Shown: piece after piece, positions 24,147-38,400 of the stretch
How the letters are laid out: every line of letters begins with the position of its first letter
Position numbering within the stretch: the stretch's first letter is position 1
Origin: Cycas panzhihuaensis
Taxonomy: Eukaryota > Plantae > Cycadophyta
Assembly: GCA_023213395.1 (NCBI GenBank)
Contig: CM041465.1
Span: forward strand, 88,915,741 to 88,979,740
Direction of reading: 5' to 3'
Length of the DNA: 64,000 nt
Program-made: the position numbers and the translations under genes
The notes under the pieces: generated by a model
Told to the model about the DNA's origin: nothing
The model's database searches: none
The model's input: the letters and a program-made list of their open reading frames with translations, nothing else

Positions 24147-26745
24147 AAGGAAAAGTTAGGATTGGTTCATTCTAACATTTGTGGACCAATGCCTATCATC
24201 TCGCTAGGAGGAACAAGATATTTTATCATTTTCATCGACGACTTTTTAAGAAAAGTCTAGGTTTGTTTACTAAGAGAAAAATCGCATGCCTCCACTTATT
24301 TTAAGTAGTTTAAAGAGTTGACAAAGAATGAAAGTGGACATAAGATCAAAGTCCTATGAACTAACAATGGTGGAGAGTACACTTCAAACGAATTCACCCA
24401 GTTCTACAAGGATCATAGAATTCAGAGGTAGTTTGCTACTACCTACACACCTCAGCAAAATAGAGTTGTTGAAAGGATGAACAGAACTTTGGTTGAAAAA
24501 GCCAAAGCAATGATGAAAGGCAAGGATGTATCAGATTTCTTATGGGCAAAAGCTGTGAACACAGCAACATATCTAACGAATAGAAGCACTACAAGGGCAA
24601 TGAGGAACATCACCCCTAAGGAAGCTTAGTCAAGTGGAAGTGAGGAACATCACCCCTAAGGAAGCTTAAACAGGTAGAAAACCAACAATAAGTCATCTGA
24701 AAATCTTTGGATGTAATGCATACATGCATATTCCAAAGGAAAAATGACGAAAGTTGGATGATAAAAGCATGAAGTGCATCCTTGTAGGATACTCTAAAGA
24801 AAGCAAAGAATACAGGAGTTTACGAGTTGTCTACTCGAAAAGTTCATACATCTCTTGATGTGATTTTCCAAGAAGATGAAACTAAGGATATTAACTTAAT
24901 TGAGGTTGAAGATTAGGTTGAAGAACTGCCTAATTGTAATACTTCACATGATATTGTTCAACTTGAATCTGAACCAGTTGATATAGGTGATGAAGCAAAA
25001 TTGGAATCTTTTCAATTTCCAGAAGCAAAATCTGGAAAGACGCCAAAAAGAAAACTAAAGTTAAAGCCAGGAAAAGTGACTAATATGACACCTTCATCTT
25101 CAAAGAAGAAGCTTTCGAAATGGTACACAAAAACTGTCGAGGACGCTGAAAATTTATTACCTAATACTAAAATAAAGAGAAAATAAAAAAAGACCTTCTG
25201 AACAAGAGAATATAGCTCTTATGGCATGGATGTTGGATTTAAGTGAACCATCTGCGATCAAACAGACAATCAAAGAACAAAAGTGAAATGAAGCTATGGA
25301 ATCTGAAATCCAAAGCTATCAAGAAAAACCACACATGGGATTTGGTCGAATTGCCTGTTGACAAGCATACAAATGGATCTACAGGAAAAAGTTCAAATCG
25401 GACGAATCTGTAAATAAATACAAAGCTCGACTTGTAGCGAAAGGCTTCAAACAGCTAGAAGGGATCGACTACCAAGAAACATTCACTCATGTTGCAAAGA
25501 TGAATACCATTCGAATCATTATGGCAATAGTTACATAATTCAATTGGTAACTACACCAAACGATTGTGAAATGCATTTTTTCAAATGGGGATTTACATGA
25601 GCAACCATCTGGCTTGGTTGAAAAAGGTCAAAAGCACCTGGTATGTCGACTCAAAAAAACCTTGTATAGCCTGAAATTGGCTCCTCGTGCCTGGTACGAA
25701 AAGATTGATTGAAAGGATTTGAGAGATTTCCAACTGACTCAAATCTTTACATCAAAGAAGAAAATAATAATATCATGTTTGTTGTGTTGTACATTGACAA
25801 TCTACTAATCACAGGTAATGATATCATAATGATGTCAAACTTGAAAGCAGATCTGAGTCATTTCTTTGAGATGATAGATCTAAGAACTCTACACTACTTT
25901 TTTGGTATGGAAGTATAGCAAAGGCCCGAATATGTCTTCATATTGTAGCCTGAATACACCTAAAAATTTCTAAAGAAATTCAGAATGGACAATTGCAAAC
26001 CTACACCTACCCCCATGGAGATAGGTTCCTGATTAACAGTTGAAAATAGTGGAGCAAATGTTGATTCAACTTTGTATAGGCAATTGGTAAGAAGTCTAAT
26101 ATACTTAATCACTACCAAACCTGATATATCTTTTGCAATTGGAATAGTGTCCATATTTATGGAAACACCAAAATAGAATCACTGGAAAGCTACAAAAAGA
26201 ATCCTCAAATACTTGAAAGGGACAATTCAATATGGACTCGAATTCCATCATAATGATAATTTCAAGTTGACAAGATTTACAAATTTTGATTGGGCCAGAT
26301 GTGCAAATAGCAGGAGGTCAACTTTTGGATATTGTTTTGGTTTGGAATTAGCTACTGTTACATGGAACGGTAAAAAACAATCAAATGTTGCTTTATCCTT
26401 GACTAAAGCAAAATACAAGGTTGCAGTTGTAGCAACCACCAAAGCCATTTGGTTACAATAGATTCTGGAGGACATGAGACTACTACAATTGGAACCAACT
26501 ATCTTGTACTATGACAATTTGAGTACCTTGAACATTGAAAAAAATCTTTTGTACCACGCTTGCACCAAACACATTAAGGTGCACCATCACTTTATTTAAG
26601 AATTGATTTAAAAAGATGTGATAGAGATGGTGTATAGGCCAACAAAAGAACAACTGGCTAACATCTTCACCAAACCGCTAGGACATGAAAGATTTCAAAC
26701 TTTCTGAGACGATTAAAGTGTTAGAAAAAATGAAATAAACATTAA
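24147..26745 (+). pseudogene. INT-RT-RNaseH of B, disrupted
   Basis: [35 protein letters not shown] and TKHIKVHHHF motifs with many stops; includes a 40-bp-period duplication at 24601-24668. Confidence 0.92.
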
Positions 26746-26752
26746 GGGGGAG

Positions 26753-27088
26753 TGTTGATGCTAATGTTTATTTATGGCTTGTACCTTAAGTTATAAGCCT
26801 CCCCCTAATGTTTTATATTATATTAGATTCTAGGATTATTTAATTATTATTTGAGTGATGAGTCATCGAGGTTACAACTCTCACATCACATGTGTCATAT
26901 AGTTAGGGATTAGATTCCTTTCAAAATTTGTATTTATGTACATGTTATACACTATTGAATTTTAATGATAGATGATTTTACTTTGAGATTTTATAAGTAA
27001 TGTGGATCCAATTTTCATATTATTTTGATAGTGAATCCTATAAAATTAGGTCTCCATTCCTATTTGATGTAATGTTTAATAGCTCACA
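26753..27088 (+). repeat. 3' LTR of B
   Basis: TGTTGATG after the PPT, ends GCTCACA; homologous to the reverse complement of 3448-3785. Confidence 0.85.
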
Positions 27089-27139
27089 AGCGTCAAAGCA
27101 CATGACTTTTTAGCGAAACAAGTTTGAAAAGATGAAGAC

Positions 27140-27590
27140 ATATGATGCCAAAGCACAATCAAGATGACAAAAAACCTAAACTTTCATGCCAAGACAAAGC
27201 ACATCAAAGTTCATCATCATTTTATTCGAGAGAAGGTTTAGCAAAAGGAGATAAAGAGCTACTATACTACCCAAGTGAAGAGGAGTTAGCAACCATCTTC
27301 ACCAAGCCATTAGGAAAACAGAAATTTCAACATTTCAGGCAACAAATTGGGGTAGGATTAAGGGAATAAACATTATGGGGAGGTGTTAGAAATAATGTTT
27401 ATTCCTATGTTCATAACTTATGTAACTTAGATAATTAAGGGTCATGTGTCATTTCCCCTCTTTATGCATGCAGAACACTTGTCATTCACGCAAAGCGTCT
27501 TTTCTTATATTTATGTTCCTCCTCTTCAATGGAATAGATCATCAATCATTTTCTCATTCTATCTTCAAGCTTGTCTATGCTCAAGGCACA
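27140..27590 (+). mobile_element. copia 3' fragment G (RNase H end, PPT, start of LTR at 27384)
   Basis: FHAKTKHIKVHHHFIREK...ELATIFTKPLGKQKF; GGGGAGG then TGTTAGAAATAATG. The right boundary is uncertain. Confidence 0.75.
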
Positions 27591-27599
27591 ACTTGGTGT

Positions 27600-30500
27600 G
27601 GTAATGTTTCCTAAGTAACTTTAAGACCTTGGTTGCCTTCATCTTTCTATGGTCAAGAAATTTATTCCCAAATCATGAAGAGTTGGCAAATACTATTTTG
27701 GGATTTTCTTTTGTGGTTGAATCCCAGTTGGTTCTTGATCATTATTGCCTAGTGAAGCTTCTTCTTCTATAGGTTCTTCTTCCCTTGGTTGATTTTCGAT
27801 TTGAACTTCTTTTTCTACGACTATAGGTGATATTTTTGTGATGTCTCTATCCTCAATTATTGATATTATTTCAATCAAGGTGGGCCTTTCTTCAAATATT
27901 ATGTCTTCGTTTATGATGACTTCATTTGTCTTAGTTTTGATGCATTGATAGGCTTTGGATTTTCCACTAGAACTTATGAAGATACATTTTACATTCTTTT
28001 CACCAACTTTGGTTCTTTTTTCTTTTGGGATGTGCACAAATGTTGTGCTTCCAAATATCTATAGATGGCTGACATATGCTTTTCTATCGATCTAGGCTTC
28101 TTCTAAAGTTTTTCCTATAACAACCATGGTGGGGCTTCTGCCAATAAGATAAACAACTATCCTAACAAGTTCTACCCAAAAAGTATTTTTCATTTCATTT
28201 TCTTTTAGCATACTTCTTGCCACCTCTATGATTGTTATGTTTTTCTTTTCAACTACTCCATTTGATTGTGGGGTGTAGGCAGTTGTTAGTTGTCTCTTAA
28301 CCCCATGAGCTTTGTAGTATTTGTAGAAACCATTTGAGGTGAATTCTCCTCCATTATTTGTGCTAAGAATTTTGATCTTCTTTCCACTATGTTTTTCTAT
28401 ATAGACTTGAAAGTCCTTGAAAGCATTAAATGCATCATATCTGTTTTTTAGGAAGAACACCCAAGTTTTCCTTATTAGGTCATCAATGAAAGTAATATAG
28501 TATTTGGCTCCTCCAAGAGAAGAGGTTCACATGGGCCCACATATATCACTGCAAATAATTTCTAGTTTGTTCACAACTCTACATGAAGCTTCAAGGAATT
28601 TATTCTTCTATTATTTCCTAAGCATGCATCCTTGACATGCACCTTTGTTTATCTTGATGTTAGGTAAACCATTTACCATATTCAATTTCGTCAACCGACT
28701 TAAATTTTGATAGTACATTTGCTTATAATGATGCTAGGTAAATCATTTACCATGTTCAGTGTCTTCAATTGACTTATATTTTATTCATAGAATACTTTTG
28801 ATTTACAAGCAATGCTTGTAGGGTAGGAGTGGCCATGAATCTGTAAAGGTCATATTCTTCCTTTCCCTCCACTACAATTTTGAGGCTATGTTTCTTGCCT
28901 TTTACAAGGCACTTGTCTTCATCAAATTCTAATTTATGATGCTTTTCAGTCATCTAAGAAATTGAAACAAGATTCTTTTTCAGTCCAGGTACAAAAAGAA
29001 CAACTCCAACCTTCTTGAGGATGACCCCTTTTCATTTTCATGGGGATGACCCCTTTTCTTTGACAGGAGATGTTGTGTTGTCTCCTGATTCAACTGAATT
29101 GTTTTCATAATGATTTTTTAAACTTTCAAACCAACTTTTTTGTGAAGTCAAGTGTTTGGAAGCTCTAGAAACAATGTTCCAATTTACTAAGGAAGTTATT
29201 TTTGCTAAAATAGCAACAACAAAGGCCAAATCATCTTCACTTTCTTTTTCATCAATAACATTTCCTGAGTATCTCTTCCTTTTCTACATATCAAACTCCC
29301 ATTTCCTACAATATTTGATGAGATGTCTTAGCTTTCCACAACAATAATAGCTTGTCCTTTTATGTCTAAGGGATTCTTCTTTAGAAGCTTCATTCCTAAT
29401 GCCTTTCAATTTTAGTTTTGAGGAAAATGCTCGTTCTACCTTTGTATCTTCATCATATTTTCTATTTTTCAATTCATGATGCAACATTAGACCACATAAC
29501 TCCTCCAAATTCATGGTTTCAACTATTTTTGAAATGGTACATTGGGTTACCAGGATGTTAAAGGATCTAGGTAGTTCATTCAGGGTGAGTTGAACAAGTT
29601 CCTTATTTTTTATTTTCTCTCCAACAACTCCAAGTTGTTCTCTCATTTCCTTTATCTTGGTTATGAAATCTATCACCATTTCCCCTTCGTTTAGGTTCAA
29701 GTTGTAAAGGAATTCCTTGATGTGAATGATCTTGGCTATGTTCTTGAGTTCAAACATAGTCTACAGGATGTTCCAAGCTTCATTTGACAATGTGGGGAAA
29801 AATGTGATCACTAATTGGGAAAGTGATAATTACTATCATTATTCTATCCTTATCTTGAAAGTTTTGTAATTCTATAGGGTTAGTTGGGGCTTACTTTGTT
29901 CCTTCTATAATGTGCCAAGTGTTGTTTGCAATCAAAATGCTCCTCATTTTAATCTTCCATGTGTTATAGTTTCCTTCGTTAAGCTTGTCTTGCTCAAGAA
30001 GGGAATAAATGGTGGCCATCGAATTTAGTGAAAAAAAAAAAAAAAAAACAAGAGAAAAGAGAAACACTAGAGCAACTTTGAAGATCCTTTCCACACCACA
30101 AAGAAGTATAAATGATAGAGAATAGAAAGGACACGTAGAAGGCTAAAATTTATCCTTCCCACACCATAGAAAAATTCCTTTAATTTATTTTAATTATAGA
30201 TGTTCAAAACTAAGCTTAAAAGAAAAATAAGGACATAAATAAATTATTCTTGATTTGTCTAAATAGGTCAAATGATTCTCAACACACTTCATTTAATCCA
30301 TCTGGATAGGGTAGGTCAAAGGGCTCTTCACATCTACAATCTTCTATTCAATCTCTTGTCAAATAGAAGTTGTGAGTCCTATGAGGATGGACTTTGTTCC
30401 ATAAGTTGAATGCTTTCTCAGTTCTACATTCTGAGGTCGTGGTAACATGGTCCCAAGCAACTAGTGACTTTACAAATGGATCTCATGGCTCTAATTGGAG

Positions 30501-31401
30501 CATTCTGATCAAACTCTTAATTTCCACATGGCTTACTTGAATGGGTGGGCATCCCTTACACACCTCACATCTTCATTTTTAGCAAGTCTATTTCTTGAGC
30601 AGAAATATGCACCTATGAGGGAAAATGGCAAGCTTAGGAAACAAATCGAGTTCGCCAAACTTATGCAATCTATGTCTTGAGTTCTCAATTCCTTATGACA
30701 ACAAGAATGAGATTAGAGATTTTCGCATGATGGTGTATGATATTGCTTAATTGATCTTGAGAAATAAATCGACCATCTTCCTAAGGAATTAATCGAGATG
30801 CCTTCTTGAAAAGCCTGGAATGTGCCTTCAACAAAGTTTTGGGAAGGTCAAGCCACTTTTTTAAAAACATCTTCAATGCTTTCTTTTGATTTCATAATTT
30901 GTTATCTCAAAAGTTCACACAATGCGATGAGCCTACAAAGAAAAGGTTCATCTCCCTTTATTGATGGACACATATTGGGCAACATGATTTAGACCAGTGT
31001 GTTCTACTCACATTGTGATTTAACACATGTACATCTCTTGAATGTGGTGGGTCTGGAGCTATACAAGTTGAGGACTCTTAACCTACACCCTTCATGAAGC
31101 CTCCACGAAGTGTTCCCTTCGAGGGGTCATTCCCACAACCCAAGTTAAACCCTAAGCTCTAACACCATGTAGAAATTCTAAGACACAAATGCACATAGGA
31201 TGAATAAAATAATTCTTATTATGTTGTGCATGAAGTGTGGCTTACGTATAAGCAACAATCAATGATATGCATGAGTGACATTTGTCCATCGTGCAAGACT
31301 TACTAGAACATTAACTGAAGTTCATAATGATGAACCAAAAGAATATCTAGAGTATAGCTATAGACAAATATGTACAATTAGAGTGAACATTACTTTAAAC
31401 A
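27600..31401 (-). mobile_element. Ty1/copia element F, 3'-truncated after integrase
   Basis: LTR ~31401-31168 (ends ...TTTCTACA), PBS-like TGGTGTTAGAGC at 31167-31156. gag 'MATIYSLLEQDKLNEGNYNTWKIKM' at ~30019, knuckle CCGKLRHLIKYC, integrase AYTPQSNGVVEKKN (28092-28460). No RT present. Confidence 0.88.
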
Positions 31402-31835
31402 TTAACTAGGCAAGCAATTAAAGAGTATGTGTTTAGTTAACTACAAATTTCTCCTGGCAACATCATGAAAAAGTTGAGTTGTTACCAATGGTGACTTAGA
31501 CATCACAAATATTGGAGACACGAGAATAGTCAATTGAGGATCATCAAATTCAAGAGAAGCTGGCCATGGAGCATATACATGATAACGGTAAGACATATGA
31601 CGTGAAGCAGGGTTCCCCATAGAATGTTGTTGAGAAGAATGATATGTACTCTTTGGAGTACTCTCAAAAAAAAACAATCCTAGGAATAAAGCAATGGAGG
31701 GAAAGACTTCAAGAATAAATTCAACGGAAAAGGAACATACCAATAGAGAGAGCATAACTATTTAGGCACCTTTGTTATGACTTGTTGAAGGCTAGGTGTC
31801 TTCTCTCTTTGCCTTGGAATGATACCTCATCTCAG

Positions 31836-32255
31836 TGTTAGAGTTGGGAGATGCTAGATCCTAAAACAACCTACACAAAAGGATGAAGAAATCTAAGGAA
31901 AGGAAAAGAGTCAAAAACTCTTTATTAAAAGAAAGGACCTCTCCTATTTATAGAAAAACTTATAATCAACAAAAGAGAGGACTAACTAGAATAAAAGTAA
32001 CTCCATCAAAAAAGTAACACACTCACTCAAAACTAAACTAACCAAACCTTAGAATTGAAAGACGACTTAACCCATCTAAAGAAATCTTAAAGTGAAATGT
32101 ATTTACTACTAAGATGACTAGTTCCAAAATCATAAAAAAGTTTAACAAAACTACAACAGAGTCATAATCCAACCCAACTATACCTACTTGAGACAAAACC
32201 AAAACCACATCCAATTCTACCTGAGGCAAAAAAAAAAATGTCCCAATTACACACA
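31836..32255 (-). repeat. possible old unpaired LTR
   Basis: TG/CA-like ends and CTATAAATAGGAGAGG TATA context on the minus strand at ~31937-31953. No TSD found. Confidence 0.3.
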
Positions 32256-34494
32256 ATGGCTTTGTTACAATTATTCACAAACAATTTGTTGTTGAGGTTT
32301 CATCAAAATTATGTAGTAGTTTGCTTATCACATGAACCATGTTGGCTTATATAAATGAGTTGAACCATATAATTCAAGTGTTTAAGTTGAATATATGGAT
32401 AATTCTTGGCTATACTAGGTTCTAATGACATGAAGGAGGGCTCATGAAGCTGTGATGCTCATTCAGATGATGGAATCATGTCGCTGATGTCTAATGAAAA
32501 GATTCAATCCAATGGCTTCTGAATCTAATAAATCCCAAAATTGGATTTCAAAACTCGCTTGGCTTGCTGGATTGACTAATGTTCTTGTCTATGTGTAGCT
32601 AATATAAAATGCTTGATCTATACCCGTGTACTCAAGTATGATTGACCTATAAGTGCATATGTTATGTGAGATCTCATATAGCATGCATCTTATTGTGTAT
32701 CTATCAAGCAGATTGTATCCATCTTTGTAGATGCTCTATGCCAAATGCATCTTTTATGCATTTTACTTAAACATCTCATGGAACCATCATGCTTTATTGC
32801 ATGCTCACAATCAACACAACACCACTACCAAAGGCACAACAACCACTCAATTACACACACCCCTTAACACCACAAACACCTTACAACCACAAATTACAAC
32901 CACTCACACTACTCCATATAACATGATAAAGTCCAAATTTACTAATATTATATATTATTGAAAAAAAATATCATATTTTGAGTTTCCATATATTGAATAG
33001 AAATTTGATAATGACTGAAAGAAGAAGAAAAAATCTAAAGAAAACCAAAAAATGATAATGAAATGAATCGTAATAAATGAAATAAATAAAAACAAGAAAC
33101 AAGATCAAAAAAAAATAAATAATTGAAAATGCTATGTAATTAAAATAAAATTGATATAAAAAATACACTACTATTATTGAAAAATGATATTTATATGAAG
33201 ATACAATCATATTAATTCCATGGAATAAAAGTGGATATATTGGATGAAGAAGTAATTTAAAATATCCCCATAAAAAAAAGAGAGTAAGTGAACTATATAA
33301 TCCCACCTACTAGAGATGACATTTAATATACTACAAGGAATGATACTATAGATTATGCATCACATTATAGGATCTCATGGAGATGATACACAAATGTATT
33401 CAATACATTGATCTATGTCCTCAAACTAAAAATTCCTCAACTAATTCAATCAACTTTCCTAATAACCAAAGTCTAAGCATCACATGTAATAACCCATCTT
33501 ATATACAATACCCCATAAATGTTACCCAATTGCATCAGTAGAAAATTAGATAATATTAGAATAGAGAATAATTGATCTATATTCTACACTAAGCATATGC
33601 CAACAAGATCTATATTCTACTACATAGCAACCTAAACAACAAAAAAAAAATCAAAAGCAATTGAAAAGCAATAAAAAAATAATAATTGTAATTTTGTTTG
33701 CCTTAATGTACAAACAATTTGATGTGTTGTTAATCTCAAATTTACAATGGTCTTGGATCTTAATGTTTAACACAAAAGAATGTTTACCATTAATTCTACA
33801 GAAAGACACGCCACCTTTAAGAAAGGGAATGAACCAGAGCTTATAAGCTTATGTCATTGTTCTTTTTTATGATAATAAATTGTCTCAAAGAATTATATGA
33901 TAAACATCCTAAGTAATATATAATAGGACATCCTCCATACAAGAAAGAGCTTGTAGAGAAAACTCTATAGTATATGTGCTATCTATAAAGTAAAATATAA
34001 AATAAAAATATAAAGATCTAGTAGTAAAAAGAACATCTTCATAAAATCAAATGTAGTTCATCCTCAGTAAAGTAGTATTGTAAATTAGTATAGTGCAATG
34101 GTAAGAACAATTTCTAAGAACCTACAATTGAATTTCTATTAATGTAAAATTGATTTAGAAAAAAAAATTACATAAAAAAAAAAAGTCACAAGCAAAAAGA
34201 TGATTTTGATTACATTTTAGACATAGACATTTGACAAAACACACAAAACACAACTGCAAAAATGACAAAAAAAAAAAAAAATTTTCTATAACAAACAACT
34301 ACTCTTCTTCTTCTTAACTCTTTCAATGTGATTATGAAGAGGTCTAGGACATTTTGTACAAACTGTAAAATGTAAATCTAAAGGCTAATTATAATAAACA
34401 ATATAATAAAAAAAAAAACAACAAAAGATGAAAATGAAAAAAAAGAGATCCAAAATAGTTTAGGCTTGTCAAAATTCTAAAAAATTATTATTCT

Positions 34495-35040
34495 TGATTC
34501 GAGTCACAAGTCAACCAAATAAAAAGTTTATGATGTTCCAAATACAAATTGAGGTCCTATCACTCTCTTATTTGCCCCTTCCCCCTTCTTCTTTTTTAAA
34601 AAAAGAAAAAAGAAAAAGAAGCTAAGTTTGAGGCTTGGTGTTTCTTGTTCTATAGGTTGTTTTGAATGGAAAGCAATGCAAAAAAAAAAAAAAAAATAGG
34701 GAGGAGGACTTGATCACAACAAAAACAAGAGAAGAAGAGATCGATAAAGTATCTTTATTAATAATATAAGAGAGAACATGGAAACTCCTATATATTATAT
34801 GGAGGAGAGCAAAAGCCATTTGCAATGTATGCATTTTGCTTGTACCTATCTTATTCCTCACTTCCTTTTATTTTATCTCCTCCCCACTTTTAATGCCTTC
34901 TTAGGAGAAGCGTCGGAGATGCTTGTTGGTTGTAATTGCTTCTTGGCCCTTATTCTACTACATTGACTACTAAGAACTACCATTCACATCCTCAATGATT
35001 CTTGAAACTAATTCTTGTTTCCCTTATGCCACGATTAACA
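34495..35040 (-). repeat. degenerate LTR-like repeat, same family as 42125-42594
   Basis: Shared blocks GAG.CACAAGTCA...AAAAGTTTATGAT...AATTGAGG.CCT and CCTATCTTATTCCTCAC...GCCTTCTTAGGAG...TAATTGCTTCTTGGCCCTT. Confidence 0.65.
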
Positions 35041-35412
35041 TCATTCCCATGTCGTCACTTGTGGAGGCAAGTCATGTAGCAACAAGATGTGCTTTGGGTT
35101 GTAGTTCTCATCTCAAGCGCTACTAACTTTTGATCGCTAGTAGCCATCTTACTAGTCATCGGTGGCTCATCCATCCCTTCACAAGCTACTAGTCACTATT
35201 TGCCAAATTTGTCATAAGTTTAGATGCTGCTACCAGTCACAAATCCATCTTTTATCATTGGCTTCAAATCTAGCCATTTCTTCAATCACAACCTTTATAG
35301 CCACTAAATATCTAAACTCCAATCACTAGCCTTCTCAATGTCCTCATTGTGTTGCCATTTGTCTGATTTCATTCCAAAATAAGCATTCCATCTATGAGAA
35401 TGATAGTCCCCA

Positions 35413-38400
35413 TGTAAGTTTAAAACGAATGAACCAGATAAGAATTGCATTCAACATAGGTATATCCAATAGAATTAGTCTACTTTCATTAATTTTTATT
35501 CATTAAGAATGCTCTTAACTCTCTTAGATCTTAAATGTTATGTACAAACATAGTATACATATAAATGCAACTTGGAATCAATAACAACCAATCAAAACCT
35601 ATAACCACCCTGATACATGTTACACATCCATTAAAGGAATATGTAACTCCCTCAACATACGTCATTAGTTGAGTGATGACCTTATGACTCACCAAACACC
35701 CTAAAACCTATTAGGACTTACAACTTTAAGTTTGGACCATAATAGTGTAAACATTAACTCTAACACTCTCCCTTAATGTTAACATCATTGGCTTTTATGC
35801 TAATACAAAATCTAAATTTATCAAATTTGTAACTACAAAATTGTTTAGTGAAGATGTTTGCCAATTCCTCTTCTGTATGCATGTACATTAACTCAATCTC
35901 TCCAATCTGGATTTGTTTCCCAATAAAATGATGGTGCACCTCAATGTGTTTGGTACAAGCATGGAACACTAGATTCTTAGCAATCTTCAAAGTACTCTAA
36001 CTATTATAGTATAGTGTTGTTGCCTCATCTTAATGAAGTCTGAAGTCACCAAGGACTTGTCTCAACCAAATGACCTCATAAGTTGCTGCGACTACAACTC
36101 TGCATTCCACTTTAGTGGAAGACAATGCAACATTTGATTGTTTCTTGTTGCTCCAAATGACTACAGCAAATCGCAAACTAAAGCAATATCCTAAAGCGGA
36201 TCTCCTACTATAAACATACCTAGCCCAATAAGAATCTAAATTACCTTCCAACCTAAAATTGTTATTCTGCCTGAATTCCAATCCATAGTGTAGAGTTCCT
36301 TGTCAATACCTAAGGATCCTCTTTGCAACTTTCCAGTGGCTTTGTTTCAACTCTAACATAAACCTCGACACCATCCCAACTGCAAAGGTAATGCCAAGCC
36401 TAGTTGTAGTCAAGTAGACTAGACTACCAACCAACTACCTATACAAAGTGCATTCTATCTGGTTTCCCTTATCCTGAGCGTATAACTTTGTACTTGTCTC
36501 CATGAGAGTTGCATAGGTTTACAGTCCTCCATTTTGAATTTCTTTAGAATTTCCCATGCATACTTAACCTTTGAAATCAAAATTCTCCCAGGATTTTGCC
36601 ATACTTTTACTCCCATATAGTAGTGGAGTCATCCAAGATCTGTCATCTCAAATGCCTCATTGAGATCATCCTTCAGGTCTCCAAACTTTGAGGCATCATT
36701 ACTCATTACAAAAATGGTTGAATGTTCACCTTGAACATTAATGTATAGGTTTGGATCAGCTAGCTATCTTGCGAACCCATTCTTCGAAAAATATCAATCA
36801 ATTTTGAAATACTAGGCTCTAGGAGTCTGCTTCAAACCTTACAAAGCTTTCTTCAAATCACATACAAGGTTTTTTTTCTTTCAACACATCCCTATGGCTG
36901 CTCCATATAGACTTCTTTTGTAAGGTCTTCGATACTACACAAATGCCTTGGAGGCGTATTCTGTCCCCTTGTCTGATCTAAGGATTTTGAACCCTTGACC
37001 ACTCTCATTTTCAACTTTCTCCTTGAATTCTCCAAAAATATCGAAGGTTTAGTATTTCTTTTTTACAGGGTAGACCCAAACGTTCCTCAAAAAGTCATCA
37101 ATGAAGGTTAAGAAATATCTTGTACCTTCAATTGAAATAGTTAGCATTGGACCACATATGTTTTAGTGAACAAGGCCAAGCTTTTTTGTCACTCTCCAAG
37201 CATTGCCTTTCTAAAACTTCTCCCTATGTTGTTTTCCCTTGATAAAAGGTTCACACAAGCCATTCATTGGTTTCAAATTTAGGAAACCATGAATGATGTT
37301 CAATTTCTGCATTAAATGAAGACAAAAGTAATGCAAATGTCCCATTCTTTTATGCCATAACTGATTTTTACAAGACACATTAACAGTAAACCTCTCTAAT
37401 TTACATATTTACCCAAGAGCCAATAAAGACTGCCATCTCTGACACCTTCAAGTATGACCTTTCCATCACAATTATAGAGTGTAGCTTTACCATTCTTGAA
37501 GAGAACACTCATCTTGTTGTTTTCAATTTGATTGATGAAAATGAGATTCTTCTTAGTCCTAGAACATATATCACATCTTCTATGGAATAATCTTCACCAT
37601 CAAGTATGATGACTAGAACCTCTTCTATGCCTTCTACCTTCAACACTTTATCATCTCCCAATGTCATCATTTGTCCTCAGATTCCCACATGTCTAAACCA
37701 TTCAAACCTGCCTGTCAAGTTTAGAAGCTCCTAAATCAATGCCCCAAATACCATAAGATTTGTGACTTGCATATGAAGCCACCAAAAAAAGTTTCTTTCT
37801 CTTGTCACTTGACCTTGAAGGATGACTAGAATGGTGTCCAAGTTTCTTCATCTCCTAGTTTTGTTGATCACTCTATTTCTCCTGATTCTATTGGTTAGCT
37901 TGCAACTTCTTATTATTTCTCCTAAAGTAACTTAGTTTGCCGCAATAAAAACAAAGCTTCAATTGTCCTTTTCAACTCTACTTTTGAATAGATTACTCTT
38001 TTGGACTATCCTTTTTCTTGGGAATAAATGGTTTCTTCCCTTTGAATTTTGTTGAAAAGGTCTCAAAAGAATCTCCCACAACACCATCTTTCAGAATATG
38101 TTCATGTGACAACAACAATGCTTCTAAGCTAATGAATGTGATTTTTCCCACTTTCTCTCATAAGAAAAAGCTTATCACAAAATTCTTGCATGTCTTAGAT
38201 AAACTCCTTCCTTAGTACAGCTATTATGATATTTTTGTCATTGACAATCTCTCCAACATTCTCTAACTGATTGTAAATTGCCTTCACCTATTGGAGACGA
38301 TCTACCATTGAACCAATCACTCTCAAAATTCTTCAAATCATGATCCTTGCATCATTCTATCTCAAATACTTTAGTTATGGCCTCCCATACCTCTTTAGAT

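Larger units (their letters stand above)
7760..27088 (+). mobile_element. Ty1/copia element B (family of A), 5'-truncated, internally deleted, host of three nested insertions
   Basis: Leader 7760-9704 plus 15633-16224 matches the reverse complement of A's leader. gag from 16225 (MASRGSIMGTV...NYTI). Reading continues across D as ...KKVWRAK|[18 protein letters not shown] lie at 24147-26745, then PPT AAGGGGGAG (26744-26752) and 3' LTR 26753-27088. Confidence 0.85.

Noticed and set aside
24601-24668. short duplications in B and F (also 28665-28790 and 29018-29060) as regulatory arrays
   Set aside because: They are two-copy slippage or repair duplications inside decayed pol sequence.
32731-33306. 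Thr-rich and Phe/Tyr-rich ORFs as proteins
   Set aside because: By-products of low-complexity CA-rich and A-rich sequence; no motifs or splice support.
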